Shown piece by piece: positions 28,499 through 38,556 of a stretch of DNA of 64,000 nt. This DNA is from Candidatus Binatia bacterium (GTDB lineage Bacteria; Desulfobacterota; Binatia; UBA9968; JAJDTQ01), in NCBI GenBank assembly GCA_963666515.2, contig OY762897.2, positions 1,664,001-1,728,000 of the forward strand, read 5' to 3'. Position 1 is the stretch's first letter, and each line of letters opens with the position of its first letter. A model generated the notes under the pieces. The model was not told where the DNA came from. It made no database searches and saw only the letters and a list, made by a program, of their open reading frames with translations. Made by a program: the position numbers and the translations under genes.

Positions 28499-29380
28499 AT
28501 GGAAGACGAGAGATCACCGGGAGCCAGGTTCCGGCGCGCCGTGCGGGAGGAACGTCCGCTCCAGGTCGTTGGCGCCATCAACGCCTACTGCGCGCTGCTG
28601 GCCGAGCGCCAGGGCTTCCGCGCCCTCTACCTCTCCGGGGCCGGGGTGGCTAACGCCTCCTTCGCCCAGCCCGACCTGGGCATTACCACCCTGAACGACG
28701 TGCTGGAGGACGTGCGGCGGATCACCGCGGCGAGCCCGCTGCCTCTGCTGGTGGACATCGACACCGGCTGGGGCACGGCCTTCAACATCTCCCGCACCAT
28801 CCGCGAGATGGTCCGCGCCCAGGCCGCGGCGGTGCACATCGAGGACCAGGTCCAGGCCAAGCGCTGCGGCCACCGGCCCAACAAGCAAATCGTCTCCTGC
28901 GACGAGATGGTGGACCGCATCAAGGCCGCGTCGGACGGCCGCACCGACGACCAGTTCGTGATCATGGCCCGCACCGACGCCTTCGCCAGCGAAGGGCTGG
29001 ACGCCGCGCTGGAGCGGGTGCGGCGCTACGTGGAGGCGGGCGCGGACATGATCTTCCCGGAAGCGGTGCACACGCTGGAGGACTACCGCGCCTTCTGCGG
29101 GAACGTGGACGTGCCGGTGCTCGCCAACCTGACCGAGTTCGGCAAGACGCCGCTGTTCGGCGTGGACGAGTTGCGTGATGCCGGGGTCGGGCTGGTGCTC
29201 TATCCGCTCTCGGCGTTCCGCGCCATGAGCCAGACCGCCATGGACGTCTACCGCACGATCCGCGAGGACGGCACCCAGAGCGGCCTGACGGAGCGGATGC
29301 AGACCCGTGAGCAACTCTACGAGGTCCTGGGCTACCACGACTACGAGCAGAAGCTGGACGCCCTGTTCAGCAAGGAATAA
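28499..29380 (+). CDS. prpB: 2-methylisocitrate lyase
   Basis: [32 protein letters not shown]. Confidence 0.92.
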   Translation: MEDERSPGARFRRAVREERPLQVVGAINAYCALLAERQGFRALYLSGAGVANASFAQPDLGITTLNDVLEDVRRITAASPLPLLVDIDTGWGTAFNISRTIREMVRAQAAAVHIEDQVQAKRCGHRPNKQIVSCDEMVDRIKAASDGRTDDQFVIMARTDAFASEGLDAALERVRRYVEAGADMIFPEAVHTLEDYRAFCGNVDVPVLANLTEFGKTPLFGVDELRDAGVGLVLYPLSAFRAMSQTAMDVYRTIREDGTQSGLTERMQTREQLYEVLGYHDYEQKLDALFSKE

Positions 29381-29443
29381 CCTGCTTCCGACGTTCGCTT
29401 TCAGCATTTGCACTCGACGTTTGCACCAACCCCGGCTCCGACC

Positions 29444-30898
29444 ATGACCGATTCTGCCGTGCGCGACGCGCACCGACCCCGACCCGACGCGGTGCTCTCC
29501 GACATGGCCGCCTACGCCCTCTCCAGCGGCCCGTTCCCGGACGAGGCGCGGGAGACCGCGCGCCTGTGCCTCATGGACAGCCTGGGCTGCGCCCTGGCCG
29601 CGCTGGAGTTCCCGGCCTGCACCAGGCTGCTGGGGCCGGTGGTGCCCGGCGCGGTCATGCCCGGAGGCGCGCGCGTGCCCGGCACCGCCTGGGAGCTTGA
29701 TCCGGTGCAGGCCGCCTTCAACATCGGCGCCATGATCCGCTGGCTCGACTTCAACGACACCTTCCTGGCCGCGGAATGGGGACACCCTTCCGACAACCTG
29801 GGCGCGATCCTGGCGGTGGCCGACTACCTCGACCGGAACGCGGCGGATGCAGGCGCCGTCACCATGGGCGACGTGCTGACCGCCATGATCAAGGCCCACG
29901 AGATCCAGGGCGTCATCGCGCTGGAAAACAGCTTCAACCGCGTCGGGCTGGACCACGTGCTGCTGGTGCGGGTGGCCAGCACCGCGGTGGCCGCAGCCAT
30001 GCTGGGCGGCAACGAGGAGCAGGTGGTGAACGCGCTGTCCAACGCCTGGATCGACGGCGGCGCCCTGCGCACCTACCGCCACGCGCCCAACACCGGATCG
30101 CGCAAGAGCTGGGCCGCGGGCGACGCCGCCGGCCGGGCCGTGCGGCTGGCGCTGATGGCGCTCCAGGGGGAGATGGGCTATCCGTCGGCGCTCTCGGCCA
30201 AGGGCTGGGGGTACTACGACGTGCTCTTCAAGGGCCGGCCGTTCTCGTTCAGCCAGCCCTACGGCAGCTACGTGATGGAGAACGTGCTGTTCAAGATATC
30301 CTTCCCCGCGGAGTTCCATGCGCAGACCGCGGTGGAGGCGGCGCTGGAGTTGCACGGCGCGGTCAAGGACCGGCTCGACGACGTCAAGCGCATCGTCATC
30401 GAGACCCAGGAAGCCGGCTCGCGCATCATCGACAAGACCGGACCGCTGGACAACCCCGCGGACCGGGACCACTGCCTGCAGTACATGGTGGCGGTCCCGC
30501 TCATCTACGGCGAGCTGACCGCTCGACACTACGAGGACGAGGTGGCCGGGGACCCGCGCATCGACGCCCTGCGCGACAGGATGGAGGTGCGGGAGAACCC
30601 GCAGTTCACCGTGGACTACATGGACCCGGACAAGCGCGCCATCGGCAACGCGGTCCAGGTGCACTTCAAGGACGGCAGTGCCACGGAACGGGTGGAAGTG
30701 CCCTACCCCATCGGCCACAGGCGGCGGCGTGGCGAGGGCGTGCCGCTGCTGCAGGAGAAGTTCGAGCGGCACATTGCCGCGCGGCTCTCACGGGGCCAGT
30801 GCAGGACGATTCTGGATGCGTGCGCGTCCCGAGGGTCCCTCGAACCGATGCGGGTCAGCGTCTTCATGGACGCCTGGGTGGTGGAGGACGGGGACTGA
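29444..30898 (+). CDS. prpD: 2-methylcitrate dehydratase
   Basis: [42 protein letters not shown]. Confidence 0.92.
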   Translation: MTDSAVRDAHRPRPDAVLSDMAAYALSSGPFPDEARETARLCLMDSLGCALAALEFPACTRLLGPVVPGAVMPGGARVPGTAWELDPVQAAFNIGAMIRWLDFNDTFLAAEWGHPSDNLGAILAVADYLDRNAADAGAVTMGDVLTAMIKAHEIQGVIALENSFNRVGLDHVLLVRVASTAVAAAMLGGNEEQVVNALSNAWIDGGALRTYRHAPNTGSRKSWAAGDAAGRAVRLALMALQGEMGYPSALSAKGWGYYDVLFKGRPFSFSQPYGSYVMENVLFKISFPAEFHAQTAVEAALELHGAVKDRLDDVKRIVIETQEAGSRIIDKTGPLDNPADRDHCLQYMVAVPLIYGELTARHYEDEVAGDPRIDALRDRMEVRENPQFTVDYMDPDKRAIGNAVQVHFKDGSATERVEVPYPIGHRRRRGEGVPLLQEKFERHIAARLSRGQCRTILDACASRGSLEPMRVSVFMDAWVVEDGD

Positions 30899-30941
30899 CC
30901 GGAGAATCATGATGGCCTTCTCGGCTACTGAAGCTCGCAAT

Positions 30942-31044
30942 CGTCATTCCGGCGAAAGCCGGAATCCAGGCGGGGTGGCGTGGGGAAACCAGTCGCGGTG
31001 CCCAACCTCTCCGCCCCTGGATTCCGGCTTTCGCCGGAATGACG
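30942..31044. repeat. REP/RPE-like palindromic element with perfect 29-bp inverted arms
   Basis: CGTCATTCCGGCGAAAGCCGGAATCCAGG (30942-30970) and its reverse complement (31016-31044). Confidence 0.85.
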
Positions 31045-31087
31045 GGTTCGGGCACTGGGGACGATTTCGCGGCAAGGAGAAATGCGA

Positions 31088-31888
31088 ATGAGGTGGTGCA
31101 GGTTCCAGCACAAGGGCAAGACGGCCTTCGGCATCATTGATGACGCGGAGGTCATCACCGTGATCGGCGGCAGCCCGTTCGAGAACTATACCGTGACCGG
31201 CGACACCCATGCCTTGGCGGACGTTAAGCTGCTGGCGCCCGTAATCCCTCCGACCTTCTATGCCGCGGGCGTGAACTACCGCGAACATGTGACCTTCGCC
31301 GCCCAAGTGCGCGGAGAAGAGCCGGTGTTTCCAGCCAAGCCCGACGTCGGCTACCGCGCGGTCAACGCGCTGGCGGCGCACGAAGACCCCATCGTCATTC
31401 CCCGCGACGCCTCGGAGAAGGTGCAGTATGAGGGCGAGCTGGTGGCGGTGATCGGCCGGAAGTGCCGGGACGTGCCCGAGGACGAGGCGCTGGACTACGT
31501 GTTCGGCTACACCATCGGCAACGACGTGAGCGAGCGCACCTGGCAGCGCTCCGACCGCACCCTGTGGCGCGCCAAGAACACCGACACCTTCAAGCCCATG
31601 GGCCCGTGGATCGTCACCGATCTCGACCCCGACGACCTGCACGTCACCATCACCTTGAACGACCGGGTGGTGGGCGAGTACGACGTGAAGGACGCCATCT
31701 TCGGCGTCGCCCGCTACATCAGCGCCATGAGCCGCTACCTCACCCTGGTGCCCGGGGACGTCTTGTGGATGGGCACCGACGGCGCCACCGAGAACATGAA
31801 GGACGGCGACGTGGTGGCCGTCGAGGTCAGCCGCATCGGCACGCTGCGCAACCCCGTGGTGCGGGAACAGGACCCGGCGGGTCCCTGA
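31088..31888 (+). CDS. Fumarylacetoacetate hydrolase family protein
   Basis: GVNYREH, YEGELVAVIG, GNDVSER, KNTDTF, PGDVLWMGT. The start may be 31082. Confidence 0.88.
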   Translation: MRWCRFQHKGKTAFGIIDDAEVITVIGGSPFENYTVTGDTHALADVKLLAPVIPPTFYAAGVNYREHVTFAAQVRGEEPVFPAKPDVGYRAVNALAAHEDPIVIPRDASEKVQYEGELVAVIGRKCRDVPEDEALDYVFGYTIGNDVSERTWQRSDRTLWRAKNTDTFKPMGPWIVTDLDPDDLHVTITLNDRVVGEYDVKDAIFGVARYISAMSRYLTLVPGDVLWMGTDGATENMKDGDVVAVEVSRIGTLRNPVVREQDPAGP

Positions 31889-31898
31889 ACCCCGGCCG

Positions 31899-32612
31899 AT
31901 GTCCGAACTCTTTCTCATCCTCGTGACCTTCATCGCCTCCACCACCGCTGCGGTGGTGGGCCTCGGTGGCGGCATCCTGCTCATCTCGGTGATGCCCGGG
32001 CTGATTCCGACCTTCGCCATCATCCCGGTGCACGGTATGGTGCAGATATTCAGCAACCTCACCCGCACACTGTTCGGGCTGCGGCACATGGTGTGGTCGC
32101 TATTCGCGCCCTTTGTGGTGGGCGCCGTGCTGGGCGCTACTCTGGGCTCGATGCTGCTGGTGGACATTGACTCTGACTACCTGCCGTTGATCATCGGCTG
32201 TTTCATCCTTCTCATCACCTGGGCCCCGACGATCCGAAGCGTTCCGCAGATACCCGGAAAGTTCGGCATCATCGGCGCGGTGCAGACTTTTCTCTCGCTG
32301 TTCGTCGGCGTCGTGGGCCCACTGAACATGCCCTTCCTGATCCGCGAGGGGCTGTCACGGGACCGGCTGGTGATCACGCACTCAACCCAGATGACCGCGG
32401 TGCACATCATCAAGGTGTCCACTTTCTTCTTGCTGGGATTCGCCTTTGCGCCGTACCTTTACCTGATGGCGGGCATGATCCTGAGTGCCACCCTGGGCTC
32501 CTGGGTAGGGACCCGCTGCCGCTCCCGGATACCGGAGGAACTGTTCCGTAAGGTCCTCAAATGGGTCGTCACGCTGCTGGCGCTGCGGATGATCCTGGGG
32601 GTGGGGCTGTAG
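31899..32612 (+). CDS. Sulfite exporter TauE/SafE family membrane protein
   Basis: GLGGGILL motif and multiple TM helices. Confidence 0.75.
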   Translation: MSELFLILVTFIASTTAAVVGLGGGILLISVMPGLIPTFAIIPVHGMVQIFSNLTRTLFGLRHMVWSLFAPFVVGAVLGATLGSMLLVDIDSDYLPLIIGCFILLITWAPTIRSVPQIPGKFGIIGAVQTFLSLFVGVVGPLNMPFLIREGLSRDRLVITHSTQMTAVHIIKVSTFFLLGFAFAPYLYLMAGMILSATLGSWVGTRCRSRIPEELFRKVLKWVVTLLALRMILGVGL

Positions 32613-32745
32613 CGTAGCTCGCATGCAAAGCGGCGATTTGCTTGCGGTTGGTTACTGGGGCATAGTGAAATCCAGGACATTCCTCAAGGAGTTGCTGGCC
32701 AGTTGTGCTCTCACCGGGACGCATGGAACGTAACTGTTCGTGATC

Positions 32746-34134
32746 ATGAAAAAGGCACGCATCAAGGACCTGCTCGACGGCGGCGTGGCGGACGCGGAAG
32801 TGACCGTGGAGGGATGGCTGCGGACCGTGCGCCACAGCAAGAACGTCTCGTTCCTCGACATCTCGGACGGCTCGTGCATGACCGGCATCCAGGCGGTGGC
32901 CGCGCCGGAGCTGGACAACTACGAATCCGAGATCGGGAAGCTCACCACCGGCTGCTGCGTGCGCGTGGCCGGCCGTCTGGTGGAATCGCCGGGCAAGGGA
33001 CAGCGCTACGAGATCCAAGCGTCACGCGTCGACGTGGTGGGCTACGCCGACGAGGACTATCCGCTCCAGAAGAAGCGCCACAGCTTCGAGTTCCTGCGCA
33101 CCCTGGGGCACCTGCGCATGCGCACCAACACCTTCGGCGCGGTCATGCGGGTGCGGAACGCCGCCGCCCAAGCCATCCACCGGGCCTTCCAGGAGCGCGG
33201 GTTCATCCACCTCCACGCCCCCATCATCACGCTGTCCGACTGCGAGGGCGCCGGCGAGATGTTCCGGGTCTCGGCGCTGGATCCGGACAAGGCGCCGCGC
33301 ACCGAGTCCGGGAGCGTGGACTACTCCCAGGACTTCTTCGGCAAGGAGGCGCGGCTCACGGTGTCCGGCCAGCTCGAGGCCGAGATCGCCGCCCTGGCGC
33401 TCACCAACGTCTACACCTTCGGTCCCACGTTCCGTTCGGAAAACTCCAACACGAGCCGCCATCTGGCGGAGTTCTGGATGGTGGAGCCGGAGATGGCCTT
33501 CTGCGACATCCAGGGCAACATGGACCTCGCCGAGGCGTTCCTGAAGGACGTCACCAAAGACGTGCTGGAAAGCCTGCCGGAGGACATGGACTTCTTCAAC
33601 CAGCGCATCGACGACACGGTGCTGGAGACCCTTGGCAACATCGTCGAGCAGCCCTTCGAGCGCATGACCTATACCGAGGCGGTGGACATACTCCAGCAGT
33701 CCGGCCACAGCTTCGAGTATCCCGTGTCGTGGGGCGTCAACCTGCAGAGCGAGCACGAACGCTACATCGTGGAAGAGCACGTGGGGCGGCCGGTGATGGT
33801 CATCGACTATCCCAAGGAGATCAAGGCGTTCTACATGTACCTCAACGACGACGAGCGCACCGTGGCGGCCATGGACGTGCTGGTGCCCAAGATCGGCGAG
33901 ATCATCGGCGGCTCGCAACGGGAGCACCGCCTGACGCAGCTCCGTCAGCGCATCCAGGAATGCGGCCTGCCGGAAAAGGAATACTGGTGGTACCTGGAGC
34001 TGCGGCGCTACGGCACCGCGCCCCACGCCGGCTTCGGCCTGGGCTTCGAGCGCCTGGTCCAGTTCATGACCGGCCTCGGGAACATCCGCGACGTCATCCC
34101 CTTCCCCCGGGTTCCCGGCTTCGCAGAATTTTGA
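32746..34134 (+). CDS. asnS: Asparagine-tRNA ligase
   Basis: [39 protein letters not shown]. Confidence 0.95.
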   Translation: MKKARIKDLLDGGVADAEVTVEGWLRTVRHSKNVSFLDISDGSCMTGIQAVAAPELDNYESEIGKLTTGCCVRVAGRLVESPGKGQRYEIQASRVDVVGYADEDYPLQKKRHSFEFLRTLGHLRMRTNTFGAVMRVRNAAAQAIHRAFQERGFIHLHAPIITLSDCEGAGEMFRVSALDPDKAPRTESGSVDYSQDFFGKEARLTVSGQLEAEIAALALTNVYTFGPTFRSENSNTSRHLAEFWMVEPEMAFCDIQGNMDLAEAFLKDVTKDVLESLPEDMDFFNQRIDDTVLETLGNIVEQPFERMTYTEAVDILQQSGHSFEYPVSWGVNLQSEHERYIVEEHVGRPVMVIDYPKEIKAFYMYLNDDERTVAAMDVLVPKIGEIIGGSQREHRLTQLRQRIQECGLPEKEYWWYLELRRYGTAPHAGFGLGFERLVQFMTGLGNIRDVIPFPRVPGFAEF

Positions 34135-34163
34135 GCGGTAAAGACGCCGACGTAACGGGAGGA

Positions 34164-34192
34164 CGTCATTCCGGCGCAAGCCGGAATCCAGG
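34164..34192. repeat. Single-arm copy of the REP/RPE-like element
   Basis: CGTCATTCCGGCGCAAGCCGGAATCCAGG, one mismatch to 30942-30970. Confidence 0.75.
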
Positions 34193-34303
34193 CTGGGCGG
34201 CGCTGGAGGCGACCACGCCGTCCACCGACAAGTTTGCGGCCCTCACCGCCCCTTGATATGTTCCCAGCGTTCCAACCCGAACCCCCAACCCGGAGGCGCC
34301 CGG

Positions 34304-35440
34304 ATGATCGAAGCACCGTTCCCCCAGGAAGAGTACGAATCAAGGCATCAGCAACTCCAGCGGCTTATGGAGCGGGACGAACTGGACCTCGTCGTGGCCT
34401 CGGGCCGCGACAATTTCTGGTACTTCACCGGACTCGTCAGCTACCAGTTCGACCACCTGATGCGCCCGGAGATCTGCTTCATCCCCAGGGAGGGCAAGCC
34501 CTTCGCGCTGGTGTACGGCAACAACAAGACCAAGGCCGAGGCGCTGCCCTGGTTCGGCGAAGTGCGGAGCTACGTGGACGTGCCCTTCCCGCGCGAGATG
34601 CTGAGCGAAATTCTCAACGACATGGGCTACGGCGCCGCCAAGCTGGGCTTCGAGCTCGACGACGACCAGCGGCTGGGCTTCCCCGTCAACTATCTCACCC
34701 AGCTCACCGAGGCGCTGCCCAAGGCCAAGATCGAGGACGGCTCCGCGGCTCTCACCGACCAGCGGCTCTACAAGAGCGCGCGGGAGATGGAGAACATGCG
34801 CAAGGCCTGCGACATCTCCCAGCGGTCCTACGACCGCATGTTGCCGGACTTGAAGGCCGGGGTCACCCGCCGGGAGGTGGCCGAACGCCTCTACATCGCC
34901 ATGATCGAGGAAGGCGCCCATCCGCGCCATCCCGGCTTTCTCATGCTCAACGCCTCCACCAAGTACGACGAACGGCGCTACGAGAAGGGCGACCGCATGA
35001 TCGCCGACTTCGGCGCCTGCTACGAGGGCTACTACGGCGACATCACCCGCCAGGCGGTCTTCGGCGCGCCTAGCGCGGACCAGACCAAGGAGCACGGGCT
35101 GGCGCTGCACCTGATCCAGGAATGCAAGAAGGTAATGAAGCCGGGGAACCCTATCGCCGAGATTCCGCGAGTGGCCAACGCCGAGTTGAAGCGGAACGGC
35201 TACCCCGAGGTAGAGAGCCCCAAGCGCATTGGACACGGCATCGGCATGGCCCGGGCCGAACCCCCGTCCATCAGCGAAGCCGAGGTACGGAACGTGGAGG
35301 TGGGGATGGTGCTGGCCATCGAGCCCAAGGTGCGCATCCCCGGGGCCTCCATCCACCTGGAAGAGGACGTGTTCATCACGGAGGACGGGGCCGAGCCGCT
35401 GACCGCCGGAGCCGAGGTGCTCCACGTCATCGAACGATGA
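34304..35440 (+). CDS. M24 Xaa-Pro peptidase family protein
   Basis: DFGACYEGYYGDITR, GHGIG, AIEP, LEED metal ligands. Confidence 0.85.
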   Translation: MIEAPFPQEEYESRHQQLQRLMERDELDLVVASGRDNFWYFTGLVSYQFDHLMRPEICFIPREGKPFALVYGNNKTKAEALPWFGEVRSYVDVPFPREMLSEILNDMGYGAAKLGFELDDDQRLGFPVNYLTQLTEALPKAKIEDGSAALTDQRLYKSAREMENMRKACDISQRSYDRMLPDLKAGVTRREVAERLYIAMIEEGAHPRHPGFLMLNASTKYDERRYEKGDRMIADFGACYEGYYGDITRQAVFGAPSADQTKEHGLALHLIQECKKVMKPGNPIAEIPRVANAELKRNGYPEVESPKRIGHGIGMARAEPPSISEAEVRNVEVGMVLAIEPKVRIPGASIHLEEDVFITEDGAEPLTAGAEVLHVIER

Positions 35441-35490
35441 AGCGGCCGGGCCGCAGAGCCCGACCCAAGAGGCGATAGCCGGGAAACGCC

Positions 35491-36477
35491 ATGGCCAACG
35501 GAATCCTTTATCTGTCCAACAGCGACGTGAAGCGCCTCCTCGACTTGGGCGAGGCCATCGACATCGTCAAGTCCGCGCTCCAGGACCACAGCGCCGGGCG
35601 CGTGGGCTGGTCCGTACCGGAGGATCTGGCCGTCAAGCCCGAGCAAGGCTGGCAGTACTGGGTCACCGGCTGCTCGCTGGACGCCGCGGCCGGTTTCCGC
35701 TTCCGCGCCATCAAGGCCGCGGGCGGGAGCCGGGACCCATCGCGGCCGCCCCAGGGCCCCCGGCGTATCCTCATCCTCAGCGATCGCCAAGGCGGCGAGG
35801 TCACCGCCATCATGGACGAGGACTGGTGCCATTCCGTCAGGACCGGCGCTGCCGCCACCGTTGCCTGCCAGAGCCTCTCGCGCCAGGGCGCGTCGGTGAT
35901 GGCCATGCTTGGCGTCGGCGACACCGCCAGCGCTACCGTACCGGTAATGGCACGGGCCTTCGACCTCAAGGAGGTGCGGGTGCTGTCCCGCCGCCCGGAG
36001 ACCCGGGAAGCCTTCGCCAGGGAAGTCGGCGAGGAGCTGGACCTGAACATCATCCCCTGCGACACCGCCCCGCAGGCGCTGGACGGCGCGGACCTGGTGG
36101 TCTCGGCCACCACCACCTCCGAGCCCTTCGTCAAGCAGGAATGGATCAGCCCCGGGGCCTTCGTCTACTCCATCGGCAAGCACCAGGAACTCGAAGACGC
36201 CGCCTACAAGGGCATGGGCAAGTTCGTGGTGGACAGTTGGGCCCAGTGCAAGAAGAAATCCGACATCGACCGGATGCTGCGTGAAGGCTTTCTCACCGCC
36301 GACGACGTCTACGCCGAGATCCCGGACGTCCTGTCGGACAAGGTGCCCGGCCGCGAAGACGACCAGGAGCGGATCTTCATGCGCGCCATCGGCCTGGTGA
36401 ACCAGGACATCTCGCTGGCCGCGTGGCTCTACCGCAAGGCGCTGGAGGAAGGCGTGGGCACCCGGCTGCCGTACTGA
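35491..36477 (+). CDS. Ornithine cyclodeaminase/mu-crystallin family protein
   Basis: VRTGAAA, MLGVGDTA, WISPGAFV, IGLVNQD. Confidence 0.82.
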   Translation: MANGILYLSNSDVKRLLDLGEAIDIVKSALQDHSAGRVGWSVPEDLAVKPEQGWQYWVTGCSLDAAAGFRFRAIKAAGGSRDPSRPPQGPRRILILSDRQGGEVTAIMDEDWCHSVRTGAAATVACQSLSRQGASVMAMLGVGDTASATVPVMARAFDLKEVRVLSRRPETREAFAREVGEELDLNIIPCDTAPQALDGADLVVSATTTSEPFVKQEWISPGAFVYSIGKHQELEDAAYKGMGKFVVDSWAQCKKKSDIDRMLREGFLTADDVYAEIPDVLSDKVPGREDDQERIFMRAIGLVNQDISLAAWLYRKALEEGVGTRLPY

Positions 36478-36480
36478 ACC

Positions 36481-37176
36481 ATGGACATCTTCCTTCTCAT
36501 GGGTCAGTCCAACATGGCGGGCCGCGGGCTCCTGGAAGACGTGGAACCCATCCGCGACGAGCGCATCCGCGTGTTCCAGGACGGCCGCTGGGCCGTGGCC
36601 GAAGAGCCCCTCCATCATGACCGGCCCACCGCCGGCATCGGCCTCGCCATGAGCTTCGCCCGCGCGGTGCTCGACGCCAACCCAGGCACGGACATCGGCC
36701 TTGTGCCACGGGCGGTGGGCTCGACCCCGCTCGCGCGCTGGATGCCCGGCGCCGACCTCTACGAAGGCGCCATGAACGCCGCCGGCGAAGCCGCCCGCGA
36801 CGGCACCATCAGGGCCGTCCTGTGGCACCAGGGAGAGCACGACTCCAAGTCCGAGGCGGACGCCTCCAGCTATTCCCGCCGGTTCGTCGCCATGGCGACG
36901 ACCCTGAGAAAACGACTCGGTACTCCTTCGCTGCCGGTCATCCTGGGAGAGTTGGGGAGCTATCTTTCCGAAAGGCCCGATTTTCCCCACTACCGCACGG
37001 TCAACGCCGAGCAGCGGAAGACCCCCGACACCCTCCCTCACTCTGCCTTCGTCAGCGCCGAGGGCTTGACCGACAAAGGTGACAGCCTGCACTACGACGC
37101 CCGCTCGTTGCGAGTCTTCGGCGAGCGGTACGCCACTGCCTACCTGAACCTGCAAGACAATTTACGAAACCCGTAA
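36481..37176 (+). CDS. Sialate O-acetylesterase (SASA/CE6-like SGNH hydrolase)
   Basis: GQSNMAG, WHQGE, DSLH. Confidence 0.85.
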   Translation: MDIFLLMGQSNMAGRGLLEDVEPIRDERIRVFQDGRWAVAEEPLHHDRPTAGIGLAMSFARAVLDANPGTDIGLVPRAVGSTPLARWMPGADLYEGAMNAAGEAARDGTIRAVLWHQGEHDSKSEADASSYSRRFVAMATTLRKRLGTPSLPVILGELGSYLSERPDFPHYRTVNAEQRKTPDTLPHSAFVSAEGLTDKGDSLHYDARSLRVFGERYATAYLNLQDNLRNP

Positions 37177-37464
37177 TCCCTTGAGCCGTGCGGCGACGTC
37201 CGCTAGGCTCACGAGATCGGGCCTGACCTCCCGAAGCTTCGTCCCGTCAGGAAGGCCCGTCATGACCTGCTTCACCGTCGCGGAGATCACGACCTCTGGA
37301 TCCCGTCCGACACGCGTAAACCCCAATCCTACAAGCCCCGACACGCCGAAACCAACAGCCGCGTCATCGCACCCAGCCTCGTAGAGGGCATCGAGAATGG
37401 CCTCGTCGTCCGCCTCTCCCGGTAACGCATACACCAAGTCGAACTCGAACTCCGTCTCAATCAT
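37162..37464 (-). pseudogene. C-terminally truncated antitoxin-like DNA-binding protein
   Basis: LYEAGCDDA..G..GLGFTR..PDLVSLADVAARL ends where the HTH begins and runs into the convergent gene. Confidence 0.5.
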
Positions 37465-37481
37465 GAGCGCTGTCCTCCTTC

Positions 37482-37600
37482 ATCACGCGGCCATCGGCTT
37501 TCCTGAGCAGCTCGCGCGCGTGAGCCCCGGATTGCGCGGCGTACTCCAGACCGACACTCGACAGAACACCCCGGAACGGTAAGCATCCCCTGCATTCGCG
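37482..37600 (-). pseudogene. Fragment of a HicA-like toxin gene
   Basis: Reads FCRVSVWSTPRNPG, then shifts frame to HARELLRK. N-terminus absent. Directly upstream of the antitoxin remnant. Confidence 0.4.
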
Positions 37601-37604
37601 ATAA

Positions 37605-38549
37605 TCATACCATCTGGTCTGGTTCACGACTTCCGCCCCTCCTCCCCGACGCCATCCGGTTCAAGGTAAGTACCAACAGGAGTCCCAGGACACACAAACC
37701 TACTGCCAGCCAGAAGGCGCCGTCCACTGCTGGCAGCATGTTGATTTCTCGAAGGGCCGGCCCGTCGCCATGGCCCGGCGCCGCTGCCTTGAACGGCCAG
37801 ATTTTCCTCAACGACCCGGCCATGAAGCCGATGAGCAGGGCGATGGTGATCTGGCGGTGCCGTCGGAGCAGCCAACTCAGGACGCGCACGAACGGCAGGA
37901 TGCCGCACACGGCGCCTGCGGCCAGGGGCAGGAGGGCGAGGAAGTCCCGGTCGCGGACGGCGTCGATGGCGAACTCGTACTGGCCCAGGATCAGGAGGAT
38001 GAAGGAGCCGGAGATGCCGGGGAGGATCATCGCGGTGATCGCGACGGCGCCGCTCAGGAAGAGCGTCACGGCGTCGTGGGGCATGGCCATGGGGAGCAGG
38101 CCCACCAGCCAGTATACGGCTCCGGCACCCGACAGAACGCTCAATACCACGGTCGCGGACCGGCGTAACCTCGCACCTACGGTGACGATGCTCCCCAGGA
38201 CCAGTCCGAGGAAGAAGGCGAACAGCGGGACCGGCCGGTGGTCCAGCAGCCAGCCGATGGGGCCGGCCAGGACCAGGATGGCGGCGACGATGCCGGCGCC
38301 GAGCACGACCAGAAAGCGCCAGGGAATGGCGGCCACGGCATCGCGGAAGCGCAGGCGCAACAGCAGCACCAGCAGCCGCCAATTGAAGGACTTGAGGGCG
38401 TCCACGAGATCCTCGTAGATGCCCATGATGAAGGCCATGGTGCCGCCCGAGACGCCGGGCACGACGTCGGCGGCGCCCATGGTCAGGCCGGAGAGGGCGA
38501 CGTAAAGATAGTGCTTCAGCCCGCGGGCCGGGCGGCTGGTGGCGGCCAC
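37605..38549 (-). CDS. DUF368 membrane protein (undecaprenyl-phosphate translocase-like)
   Basis: MGAADVVPGVSGGTMAFIMGIY and AMILPGISGS repeats. Confidence 0.9.
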   Translation of the reverse strand: MAATSRPARGLKHYLYVALSGLTMGAADVVPGVSGGTMAFIMGIYEDLVDALKSFNWRLLVLLLRLRFRDAVAAIPWRFLVVLGAGIVAAILVLAGPIGWLLDHRPVPLFAFFLGLVLGSIVTVGARLRRSATVVLSVLSGAGAVYWLVGLLPMAMPHDAVTLFLSGAVAITAMILPGISGSFILLILGQYEFAIDAVRDRDFLALLPLAAGAVCGILPFVRVLSWLLRRHRQITIALLIGFMAGSLRKIWPFKAAAPGHGDGPALREINMLPAVDGAFWLAVGLCVLGLLLVLTLNRMASGRRGGSREPDQMV

Positions 38550-38556
38550 GCTGGCG

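Noticed and set aside
30942-31044. Possible CRISPR repeat-spacer unit
   Set aside because: The arms are inverted rather than direct, there is only one spacer, and no cas genes are present.
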